Source: an uncultured candidate division Zixibacteria bacterium
GTDB taxonomy: Bacteria; Zixibacteria; MSB-5A5; UBA10806
Assembly (NCBI GenBank): GCA_963801605.1
Contig: CAWDFP010000006.1
Location: forward strand, 352,001 to 416,000
Direction of reading: 5' to 3'
DNA length: 64,000 nucleotides
Program-made: the position numbers and the translations under genes
Shown: positions 54,886 through 64,000 of the stretch, in pieces
Layout of the letters: each line of letters starts with the position of its first letter
Position numbering within the stretch: the stretch's first letter is position 1
Notes under the pieces: model-generated
Database searches by the model: none
The model's input: the letters and a program-made list of their open reading frames with translations, nothing else
Told to the model about the DNA's origin: nothing

Positions 54886-55455
54886 TTAATAAATCCCGGG
54901 TATCAATCGTTTGGTGCGCGCTGAATATTGTAAATATTTTTCGCCGAAAGCCCCAATCAACGCTGCTTCCTCTATTCGAATCCGATACGAAAAAGCGAAA
55001 AACGTTGATAGCGCTATAATTAGAGTGCTTAGCCAGTTGGATAATGATAGCCCTAATCCCAGAAATGAAAGCAGACTTCCCGTGTAAGCCGGATGCCTGA
55101 TATAACGGTAGAGACCGGTTTCAATCAATTTTTGCTCCGAAGAAATCGAAACATCAACTGTAAAATACTTGCGAAGCGTGAGAATTGCCGTCCATCTGAG
55201 CATTAGCCCCAGAACAATCGAGATAAGTCCACAACTTGATATGATCTTATATCCGGGATGTATAAATCCAACTCCTCGCGTCGACAAGTAAACTCCCAGG
55301 GCTATTGAAATCACTATTGTAATCCATAAAATACGAAGCGAAGCCTTATCGAGCGCCTTGTTCTCATTTTCCCCGGATCGTTTAACAATAGCCAGAATAA
55401 TCTCTGATATAATCCAGATAGTTGAGATTGGAAAGATTAACTGAAATGAACTCAT
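54886..55455 (-). CDS. Isoprenylcysteine carboxylmethyltransferase-family membrane protein
   Basis: LI.TGLYRYIRHPAY and RI..EEA.L...FG..Y..Y motifs. Confidence 0.88.
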   Translation of the reverse strand: MSSFQLIFPISTIWIISEIILAIVKRSGENENKALDKASLRILWITIVISIALGVYLSTRGVGFIHPGYKIISSCGLISIVLGLMLRWTAILTLRKYFTVDVSISSEQKLIETGLYRYIRHPAYTGSLLSFLGLGLSLSNWLSTLIIALSTFFAFSYRIRIEEAALIGAFGEKYLQYSARTKRLIPGIY

Positions 55456-55630
55456 TTCACCGGCTTTCAGGGGACCACATCTATGATTTTAATAATTTAT
55501 ATAACAAATTTCGTCTCGATGAAAGAGTAAATTGGGAAGCTACCGGTTTTGCTTGAAAGATTATTTAAAACACAAAGAGGCAGAATGGCTTCTGCCCCCT
55601 GTGTAGCGAGATGCGGGTGATGGGAAAATT

Positions 55631-56137
55631 TTAGTTCTTACGCCTCGCTATTGCCGCCTGCACGGCATTAAAATCATCAATTTTTTCGGCATTATAGCGC
55701 GAATTTATATATTCAATTCTACCGTCCTTACCAATCAAGAAAACGGAACGGGTATCAAAACCGGTTATCTCATCGTAAATCCCGAAAGCCTTACCCATAT
55801 CATGCTTATGATCTGCCAGCAATTTGAACGGAAGATTAAGACTCTTGGCCCATTCGTGACGGCTGAAAACATAGTCTCCAGAAACCAAAAGCACCTCGAC
55901 ACCGAAATCCTTAAAGCCTTTAAGATTGTCTCGCAATCCCTGCGCCTGTCTGGTGCAAACATCAGACCAGTCCGCCGGGTGAAATACGATGAGATATCCT
56001 TGATTTTTTAGATCATCGGAATTTATACGATTCTGCATTCCCTGTTTTTCCCGAGTGGCATAGGATAATTCAAAATACGGAACCACATCTCCGACTTTTA
56101 ATTGTGTCTGTACTATCGGCGCTATTGCTGATGCCAT
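55631..56137 (-). CDS. Peroxiredoxin-like AhpC/TSA-family protein
   Basis: FHPADWSDVCT, F.LLAD, RSVFLIGKDG. Confidence 0.8.
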   Translation of the reverse strand: MASAIAPIVQTQLKVGDVVPYFELSYATREKQGMQNRINSDDLKNQGYLIVFHPADWSDVCTRQAQGLRDNLKGFKDFGVEVLLVSGDYVFSRHEWAKSLNLPFKLLADHKHDMGKAFGIYDEITGFDTRSVFLIGKDGRIEYINSRYNAEKIDDFNAVQAAIARRKN

Positions 56138-56371
56138 AATCGATTCCTTTGTTTACTCATATCGTAATACGATTCCTGACCTATTGTGAATATTAAACGG
56201 CCCTAAATCTCGTCAGGTTCCCAAAGTGAATGAAGTAATATTAAATATCTACAATCTTTCCGATTATAGTGATTTTGCCATATAAAAGTATGCCAGTGGG
56301 CCCCTTATAACGTTTGTTGGCGTGCATTGTATGCTGTTGCATTTGAATGTCTCTTTCAATATACTTGAGTC

Positions 56372-57154
56372 ATGGTCGATATTCAATCCTCATGGAACAA
56401 GATTGCCCGTAACTATGTCAGGCAGTATGATATATCGTCTACAATTATCCATTATGGTCCGCTCTGCCCGGGCGAGGATAAGCTCCGGCTGCTCGGGAAT
56501 CTTTCGCGAAAGAAAGTTTTAGATTTGGGATGTGGAGCCGGTCAAAATGCCGTAGCATTCGCCAGAAAAGGAGCCAGGGTTACGGCGGTTGATTTCTCCC
56601 AACGCCAAATTGGACAGGCAAGGGAACTGGCCAGGCAGAAAAAGACGGATATTGAATTTATCGTATCGGATATTACCAGACTATCAAAAATCCCCAATTC
56701 TCAATTCGATATAATCATATCAGCATGCGCTATTGCATTTGTGGCGAAATTTGAAAAAGTATTTCGCGAGGCATTTCGAATCCTTAAACCGGGCGGGAGA
56801 TTCGTTCTTTCCGATATGCATCCCCTGCAGTACATCCTCGATGAAAACGGTACCGGGGTAAAATTCAATCATCCCTTTCCCCATCAACCGATTCTTATTA
56901 AGTGGCGATGGGATTTTAGGGCCAGTGGAAATCTGACTACTTCCTCGACATCATTTCAACATTATGTTAGATCGCTTTCGACCTACCATAACGCTCTTGT
57001 CGAGGAAGGATTTATCGTTGAAAAAATGCTGGAGCCGAAAGCGACTCTGAATTCTCCTCATGAGGGCTTTTCGCGGGAAATATGGAAGGATTATAAATAT
57101 ATTGCCTCCCATCTACCCATAACATATATCTTTGTGTGTAAGAAACCGAGATAG
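56372..57154 (+). CDS. Class I SAM-dependent methyltransferase
   Basis: VLDLGCGAG, VDFS, RILKPGG. Confidence 0.88.
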   Translation: MVDIQSSWNKIARNYVRQYDISSTIIHYGPLCPGEDKLRLLGNLSRKKVLDLGCGAGQNAVAFARKGARVTAVDFSQRQIGQARELARQKKTDIEFIVSDITRLSKIPNSQFDIIISACAIAFVAKFEKVFREAFRILKPGGRFVLSDMHPLQYILDENGTGVKFNHPFPHQPILIKWRWDFRASGNLTTSSTSFQHYVRSLSTYHNALVEEGFIVEKMLEPKATLNSPHEGFSREIWKDYKYIASHLPITYIFVCKKPR

Positions 57155-57155
57155 T

Positions 57156-57632
57156 ATGGAAAAGCATTCAATTATCAAATATTGGGATAACGTCAGGGCT
57201 CTAACTATACAAATGCTGGAGCTTTTCCCGTCCGAGCAGATGGATTTTCGACCCACGCCCAAAGTGAGAAATGTAGCTGAGCAAATTAATCATATCCTTG
57301 CGGTTGAACTTCATGCCCGAAATGGATTTACATCAGGCAACTGGGAACCGCCTGGTGAACCGGCCCTGAAAAAATCCACTAAGAATCTCTTGGCTGACAT
57401 GCTCCGCTCGGAGCACGAAAAGACAGATCGTGTGCTCCGCATGCTCCCGCCTGAAGCGTTTACGAGAATATATGAAACCAGCTATGGAAAAATTTCCGGC
57501 GAGGGGTTTATATATTTGACAATTGATGAGGAGATTCATCACCGGGGCAATTTATATGTCTATTTAAGGCTTTTAGATATTGTACCACCTGAGATGGTTC
57601 AAAACTATGGCGAACTCTTTATGGAGGATTGA
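57156..57632 (+). CDS. DinB-family protein
   Basis: FRPTP..R.VAEQINHI and EIHHRGNLYVYLRL...PP. Confidence 0.85.
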   Translation: MEKHSIIKYWDNVRALTIQMLELFPSEQMDFRPTPKVRNVAEQINHILAVELHARNGFTSGNWEPPGEPALKKSTKNLLADMLRSEHEKTDRVLRMLPPEAFTRIYETSYGKISGEGFIYLTIDEEIHHRGNLYVYLRLLDIVPPEMVQNYGELFMED

Positions 57633-57637
57633 ATATC

Positions 57638-58870
57638 ATGGCAGACGATTTTGTAAAGCTCGAACAAACGATTGATAAATATCGGACTGAAGCAATTGAG
57701 CTTGAAAGGCTTCTTTCCTCTATTCCGGCATTAGGGCCGGAAAATGGCGGCGATGGCGAAATGAAAAAAGCAATCGCTCTGAAAGATTATCTCAAAAGGG
57801 CGGGATTCCCGAACCCGCAGGAGTACAACGCTCCCGATAAACGGGTAACCGACGGTGTTCGGCCCAACCTGGTTTATTTTATCGAGGGGCTGGATAAATC
57901 TAAAACCGTTTGGGTGATGGCGCATACCGATATCGTTCCGCCAGGCGATCTGGCCAAATGGACAGGCGATCCTTATACATTAAGAATTGATGGCGATAGG
58001 ATTTATGCCCGCGGAGTCGAGGATAATCAGCACGGACTGGTAGCCGGAGTTTTTGCGGCCAAAGCATTCATCGATACGGGGATAAAACCAAAGTTCAATA
58101 TCGGACTGCTCTTCGTCGCCGATGAGGAAGTTGGGTCTAATTACGGTATTGGATATGTCCTGGAAAAACATGATATCTTCAAAAAGACCGACCTGATCCT
58201 GGTTCCCGATTCGGGGGACCCATCCGGAAGGCCGATTGAAATCGCCGAAAAATCGATCTGCTGGCTTAAGGTCGAAACTACCGGGCGGCAATGTCATGCC
58301 TCCCGTCCCGATCTTGGTCACAATGCTTTCGCTGCTGCATCGAAACTTGCCGCCAAGGTGCACGCCCTTTATAACATCTTTGACTATAAAGATACTCTTT
58401 TTGATCCGGCCACTTCAACATTCGAACCGACCAAAAAAGAAGCTAATGTGCCTAACGTCAATACTATCCCGGGCGATGATGTTTTTTATATCGATTGCCG
58501 GGTTCTTCCCAAATATAAATTAGATGAAGTTGAGGCCATGATTCGCAAATGGGCGGATGAGATTGAATCGTCGGAAAATGTTAAGATCAAGATATCCTCG
58601 CTTCAAAGGGCAGAGGCAGCTCCGCCTACTGCAGCGGATGCCCCCGTTGTCGACGCGCTCAAAAGAGGGATTCGACGAGTTTATAAGGCCGAGGCAACAG
58701 TTTGTGGTATCGGCGGCGGGACAGTGGCGGCTCTATTTAGACGCAAAGGTTTCCCGGCCGCGGTCTGGAGCAGGATTTACGAAACTGCCCATTCTCCCGA
58801 TGAATATACAGATATCCCTTTCCTTCTTGGTGACGCTAAGGTATTTGCTCATATATTCCTGGGAGCATAA
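57638..58870 (+). CDS. M20-family metallohydrolase (DapE/ArgE-like)
   Basis: AHTDIVPPG, RGVEDN, DEEVGS, HASRP, GGGT, AHSPDE. Confidence 0.9.
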   Translation: MADDFVKLEQTIDKYRTEAIELERLLSSIPALGPENGGDGEMKKAIALKDYLKRAGFPNPQEYNAPDKRVTDGVRPNLVYFIEGLDKSKTVWVMAHTDIVPPGDLAKWTGDPYTLRIDGDRIYARGVEDNQHGLVAGVFAAKAFIDTGIKPKFNIGLLFVADEEVGSNYGIGYVLEKHDIFKKTDLILVPDSGDPSGRPIEIAEKSICWLKVETTGRQCHASRPDLGHNAFAAASKLAAKVHALYNIFDYKDTLFDPATSTFEPTKKEANVPNVNTIPGDDVFYIDCRVLPKYKLDEVEAMIRKWADEIESSENVKIKISSLQRAEAAPPTAADAPVVDALKRGIRRVYKAEATVCGIGGGTVAALFRRKGFPAAVWSRIYETAHSPDEYTDIPFLLGDAKVFAHIFLGA

Positions 58871-58950
58871 GGAACCGGCTATCTCGAAATAACCTCAATT
58901 TTAATGGCGTCAGGCTTGCACCTGGCGCCATCTTTTATTATCTGCAAAAT

Positions 58951-58968
58951 TTGTGAACTAATTCACTT
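58951..58968. promoter_or_regulatory. Candidate Rex/CRP-type palindrome
   Basis: TTGTGAACTAATTCACTT (two mismatches to TTGTGAA-N4-TTCACAA), overlapping the -35 of TTGCTA-17nt-TATTCT. Confidence 0.55.
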
Positions 58969-59040
58969 GCTAAGTAACCCGCAGTCGTATATTCTTGATA
59001 ATGTTGACGAGCTTCTTAAATGTCACGCTTGGAGGTTTTT

Positions 59041-60508
59041 ATGGCACTGCGAAACTATCAGGAATATATCGAATCGCTCAAGAAGATGCGGCCGAATATT
59101 TATAAATTCGACCAACTCATCGAGGACGTAACCACTCATCCGGCCACCCGCTACACAGTCGAGGGACACAGCAAATCGTTTCGCCTCTATGACGATCCCA
59201 AAGAGCGCGATACGCTGGTGACAACCTCGCACCTCACCGGCGAGCCGATCAGCCGTTATCTCTCAATCGTGCGAAGCCCTGAGGATATGTACGCCAATAG
59301 CCGGATGAAACGTCGCCTCTTCCAGCTTACCGGCACCTGCACCGGCGGACGATGTGTCGGCTGGACCGCCATCAATGCGTTATTTGTTACAACATTCGAT
59401 ATGGATCAGAAGCTTGGCACCAATTATCATCAGCGTCTACTCGCCTGGCTGCGCGATGCTCAGGCGCGCGATATAACAATCTCCGGAGCGCTGACCGATC
59501 CCAAAGGAGATCGCACCAAGACACCGTCGATGCAGGACGATCCCGATATGTCGCTTCGTATTGTCGAGCGACGGCCCGATGGTATCGTAGTTCGCGGGGC
59601 CAAGGTGATGATTTGCGGCGTAGCGGCCTCGAATGAAATTTTCATTCTCCCCGGCAGCGGTTATAAGGAGCCCGATAAGGATTACGCGGTTTCATTTGTA
59701 ATTCCGCGCGATATCGAAGGTTTGACTATCGTTGAAGCTCGTCATCCCAGCGATATGCGCGAGTGGGAAGAAGGTTTCGATTCGCCGAATAAAGAGGGCG
59801 GAATTACCCAGGCATATCTGCTTTTTGAGGATGTTTTCGTGCCTAACGAACGGGTTTTCATGGCGGGCGAATTTCAGTTTGCGCTTGCGACAGTGCTCAA
59901 TTTTATCGCGCCATATCGAGCGGCAATCGGCGGTTGTGTGGCCGGTCAGGGCGATGTCAAGATCGGAGCAGCGGTGCTGACGGCGCGGGCCAACGGCTTG
60001 CAATCGAAAGTATTCAATGACAAGATTACGCAGATGCATATCAATAACGAAACCACCTATGCAGTGGGGATTGCGTCAGCGGCGCTGGGCAAGAAGCACC
60101 CATCGGGCGCCTGGATGTGCGATATGCTGCTGTCCAATGTCAACAAAGTACACGTGGCCACGTTGCCGTACGATACCAATCGTCTGGCGCAGGATATCGC
60201 CGGCGGTATCGCCGAGACCGGATGTATGCCATCGTATAAGGATTTCAATTCCAAAAAGTACGGCGATCTGCTTCAGAAATATATGAAAGCCAAATCGCCG
60301 GCCGAGGCTCGTGCCCGTGCCGCGCGTTTGGTGGAATGGGCGACTATCGGAGCGGGCGTGCCGGGCTGTATGCATGGCGGCGGCTCTCCCGATGGCGCCA
60401 AGTTGGTTATTCGCGGCAACGAGAATCTCGAGGAGAAAGGTCGAGTTCGCTCGCAAGTTAGCCGGTATCAGCGAGCCGATTCCGGAGCCGGAGGGAAAGA
60501 AGCCTTAG
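59041..60508 (+). CDS. 4-hydroxybutyryl-CoA dehydratase / HpaB-superfamily flavoprotein, divergent (extra A ~60437)
   Basis: YIESLK, GALTDPKGDR, DGIVVRGAK, KDYAVSF.IP, F.DVFVP.ERVFM, MHGGGSP; true C-terminus ..VEFARKLAGISEPIPEPEGKKP*. Confidence 0.85.
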
Positions 60509-60680
60509 GGGTAGACCGCAATACTATTCCAAAAGTTTGCGTCAGGGCGGAGCATATTAATGCTCCATCCTGACGCTGCTTATTTTATGGCGAAATGACC
60601 TGATTTTATAGCAGGTCCTTCGTGATTAAGAAAGACAATTGATAAATGACGAGTTAAAGGGAATTAAAGTTAATAAATAA

Positions 60681-61834
60681 TTATATGTTTTTTATCCATT
60701 CGTTTGGGTGATCCCTATACCAAATAAATTTCTTCAAAATTTCATCAGAATTAGAGGGGGGCTTAATGGTTAAGATAAAAACATGCTGCCCTTTCGGATC
60801 GGATGAATTAAGTGGGGCAATAATCTTTTCAGGAAAGCAAAATAGTTCATCAAAGACTTCGAAGGTGAATCCATGCAGCAGTTTTTTTAATTCTACTAAA
60901 CCATTAGGTGGCGTAATTGAATTAAGGTCAATTTCCCATTCTAATAAGGCCGCACATGCGGCGATCAGCCAATCAACAGTTCTTTTTATTTCGATTGCAT
61001 TTCCGGACTCTCCCGGTTTTCCCCATGACTCATTTATTTTTTCATTAAATATTACCATAATAGACTGGGTTATCTTTATAAGATCTTCAATTTTTTCCAT
61101 GCAATAACTTAAAAATTCTTGGCCCTGTAATATTTTTGTTTTTTTAAAAATAAGCCCTCTTTTAAAAGCATCAAGGTTGCTTTTAATAATTTCCAATTTT
61201 GATCTTAATAATTCTTCGGTTAAAAAATATTCCCAAAATGCTGGCCGTTCCAAGGCTAATTGTTGTGCGCGTGTAGTTTCTCCTATAAGCTCCTTTATTG
61301 GAAATAATCGGCCCTCCCTTTTTTATCAATTAAATATTTTAAAAATACCGATAATTGTATTGATAGAATATCTGAAATTTCGGAAGCTCGCGTCAAAAGG
61401 GTATCTCCACTTTTGATCTGCGCTAATTTCCTTAATAAATGAAAAACATCTGGCGAATCTACTTCAGAAGAAAAATCGGCAGTAGGATTTTTCTCCCAAA
61501 TTGGTAATAATGATAAGACTGATCTTTTAACAAATATAAAAGTATCTATGCCGCTTTGTTTTGCAGTTTCATATTCAATATTAGTAATTGTCCTTTTCGT
61601 GGTGTTATCGATAGAGCCCTTTCTACCCCCAACAATTAAAATAAATACATCCGCATTATTGCGTACATTTCGTCTACAATTTTCGATAATGCTTAATTCG
61701 GGTAAAACGGGAAATGACGGGAATTCGCTTAAAACCGGTTCATGGCCCAAGCCAATTATTGATCTTCTAATATCGTCACGCACTTGGGATAAATCAAAAA
61801 AGGTGGAGCTTATAAAAACGCGCGTTTTGTCCAT
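60681..61834 (-). CDS. AT-rich DUF4062-domain protein (several indels ~61320-61440)
   Basis: RVFISSTFFDL..R, D.FILIVG.R.GS and IT..EY. Alternative frames bridge the two track ORFs (..KKREGRLFPIKELIGETTRAQQLALERPAFWEY). Confidence 0.75.
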
Positions 61835-61959
61835 AATATTGCCTCGAAAATCCATTAATGGTGTTATGCCAAATTTGGGTTATAATAATCGGGTTAATCC
61901 CAAAAATGCTATTCCCCCTCTAAAGATATCGCGCCAAAACCACAATCCTTGCGATACAA

Positions 61960-62121
61960 CTACTCGTGGTGATATAGGCGGCACTCAATAGCTTGTTTGG
62001 TGCGACCGAGAATCTCGGCAATTTGCCTAATTGGCTTTCCTTCTCGCCTAAGTTTCTTCAATTTATTTTCATCTTGAATCGACCATTTTTGGCGATGATT
62101 TCTTGGCTCTTTGCTGGCCAT
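61960..62121 (-). CDS. 53-aa Myb/SANT-like HTH protein
   Basis: AGGA RBS; KWS..DE.KL...G..I.QIAE.LGRT..AI..RL. Confidence 0.7.
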   Translation of the reverse strand: MASKEPRNHRQKWSIQDENKLKKLRREGKPIRQIAEILGRTKQAIECRLYHHE

Positions 62122-62230
62122 TTTTATCCTTTCGATTGAGTATGTAAGCACGCATCTCAATAACCCTATGATGGTAACAATTATGCCAACTCGTCAAACG
62201 ATAGCATTTGCCGCCCAACGTCTCAATCGC

Positions 62231-63775
62231 TTACCCTATCCCCTCTATTTCCATCAGGGCATCAGGCAGCAGGCGCAGAATATCGCCGGCGATCATGCCG
62301 CGGGAGCCGTACTCGTCGCGGGCCATGTCGCCCGCCAGGCCGTGCACATAGCAGCCCAGCACGGCGGCATCGATATCGATCATCCCCTGCGCCAAAAAGC
62401 CGCCGATAATGCCGGTCAGGACATCGCCCGATCCGGCGGTGGCCATACCCTCGTTGCCGGTGGGGTTGATCCAGGCCTGCCCCGATGGCGCGGCAATGAC
62501 GCTCGGCGCACCTTTCAGGATGCAAACCAGATTATATTCCTGCGCAAAGGAGAGCGCGATATTGATTCTGTCTTTCTGAATCTCGGCGATGGTTTTGCCG
62601 GTCAGGCGCGCCATCTCGCCCGGGTGAGGCGAGATCACCAATGGCGCCGGGTGCCCTTTAAGCTGGCTGACATCTTTGGAGAGATTGTTAAGCGCGTCGG
62701 CGTCGAAAACGGCCGGCTTATCAAGCTTTGATATCAGGCGGAAAATGAGATCGCGGGTTTCGTGGTAGGTGCCGATACCCGGCCCGACTGCCAGCGCATC
62801 AGCCCACTTCACCTGTTCGCGAACTTCACCCAAACCGCGCAACGCCAGGCATCGTCGATTGCGAACCTCCGGGAGGGGATGGGTGATCACCTCGGTTGAT
62901 ATAGTCTCGAAGATATCATTCAGACTTTCGGCACATCCCAGAACCACCAGCCCCGATCCGGTTCGCAAACCGGCTTCGGCTGTCATGGCGGCAGCACCGG
63001 TAAATCCCACCGAACCTGCCAGAACGAAGAGCTTGCCGAAATCACCCTTATTGCCTGTGGGAGCACGGAACGGGAGCATGCGAGCGGCCTCGTCAGCCAT
63101 CAGGATATTAAGGCTGATTCGTTCCTCGCTGATGGCTTTATCGGGAAATCCAATATCGGCTACAACCAATTGCCCGCAATAGGATTTACCAGGGTAGACC
63201 GCCTGCCCGAGTTTGGGCAGCCCGAACGTGACAGTGATATTGGCCTGGATAGCAGAATCGGAAACAGCTCCCGATGCTCCATCAAGACCGCTGGGAGCAT
63301 CAACCGATACCACGGGAGCACCAGAGGCGTTGATCTTGCGAATTATTTCATCATAGGGGGATTTGAGAGGGCCTGAAAAGCCGGTCCCGAAGATGGCATC
63401 AACAATTAGCTTAGAATCGGACGATATGGCAAATGCCGACGAATCTGCGACCTCATGAATCGTCAGGCCAGCCTTTTCGGCGCGTTCGAGATTGGTCCGG
63501 GCATCGCCCGAAACTGCCTCGCGTCCGCCAATCAGGAAAAGCTCGATATTTATACCCTGTTCGTGCAGGAGACGAGCCACCACAAAGCCGTCACCGCCAT
63601 TGTTTCCTTTACCGCAAACAACGGTAGCCTGTTTGCCCGTAAGTTCAAAATGTTCTAGGATCGTCTCGGCAACCCGTTTGCCGGCGTTTTCCATAAGCTC
63701 CAGGCCGGGGATTTTCATACCGTCGATGGCCCGGCGATCAATATTCTGCATTTGAGATGGTGTGCATAGTTTCAT
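62231..63775 (-). CDS. nnr: Bifunctional NAD(P)H-hydrate epimerase/dehydratase
   Basis: LMENAG, CGKGNNGGDG, VDAIFGTG, D.PSG, NKGDFG, PHPGE, ATAGSGDVLTG. Confidence 0.95.
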   Translation of the reverse strand: MKLCTPSQMQNIDRRAIDGMKIPGLELMENAGKRVAETILEHFELTGKQATVVCGKGNNGGDGFVVARLLHEQGINIELFLIGGREAVSGDARTNLERAEKAGLTIHEVADSSAFAISSDSKLIVDAIFGTGFSGPLKSPYDEIIRKINASGAPVVSVDAPSGLDGASGAVSDSAIQANITVTFGLPKLGQAVYPGKSYCGQLVVADIGFPDKAISEERISLNILMADEAARMLPFRAPTGNKGDFGKLFVLAGSVGFTGAAAMTAEAGLRTGSGLVVLGCAESLNDIFETISTEVITHPLPEVRNRRCLALRGLGEVREQVKWADALAVGPGIGTYHETRDLIFRLISKLDKPAVFDADALNNLSKDVSQLKGHPAPLVISPHPGEMARLTGKTIAEIQKDRINIALSFAQEYNLVCILKGAPSVIAAPSGQAWINPTGNEGMATAGSGDVLTGIIGGFLAQGMIDIDAAVLGCYVHGLAGDMARDEYGSRGMIAGDILRLLPDALMEIEGIG

Positions 63776-63938
63776 GGGAAACATTTTATCGGAAAACTTG
63801 AGTCAAGTCAATGAATATGAACTCCCAAAAAAAGTCGCTTATTATATGTTTTACTTGACATCAATCGGCGAAATTTTTATAGATTCGTAAATATCGGGAC
63901 CAAAATTTGAAACCGCTCATTTAGAAAGGAGATTTGCC

Positions 63939-64000
63939 ATGCACAAGATTTTGTTTTTTTTCATCTTTGCTATCCTCTTTCTGGCTGTATGGGGTTATGC
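63939..64000 (+). CDS. 5' end of a secreted protein (runs off the window)
   Basis: AAGGAG RBS, MHKILFFFIFAILFLAVWGY signal-like start, TTGACA at 63856. Confidence 0.55.
   Translation, partial: MHKILFFFIFAILFLAVWGY

Overview
Bacterial chromosomal segment, most likely a candidate-division Zixibacteria-like (FCB group) diderm. This is an inference from three Cys-rich dockerin-like domains (GDxNG..FNGLD..YFKGG..CPDC), several LVIVD-repeat proteins and the kdsA/kdsB LPS genes. Most of the window is housekeeping or metabolic: thiC, uvrA, dnaA, P5C dehydrogenase, PMM/PGM, groES-groEL with a CIRCE operator, kdsB-pyrG-kdsA, gcvT, malic enzyme, acs, glnA and nnr. Solitary AT-rich genes sit between these (AAA ATPase, SEC-C protein, SRA-HNH nuclease, DUF4062 protein). 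About 14 genes, including essential ones, carry 1-bp indels, which points to an unpolished long-read consensus rather than real pseudogenes; I rejoined them. The most notable items are: (1) an unannotated, highly structured ~430-nt minus-strand RNA candidate (2093-2524) with its own promoter and terminator, containing a 181-nt 6S-sized rod whose apex resembles a degenerate hammerhead junction; (2) an SRA-HNH nuclease gene split inside its active-site motif by a 541-bp foreign fragment flanked by exact 15-bp direct repeats, where excision would restore the ORF; (3) a 20-aa histone-H1-like peptide gene missed by the ORF track; (4) an AbfD-like enzyme with remodelled catalytic residues; (5) a secreted dockerin-only protein. 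No rRNA, tRNA, CRISPR array, integrase or transposase was seen. All family assignments come from motif recognition, not database searches.
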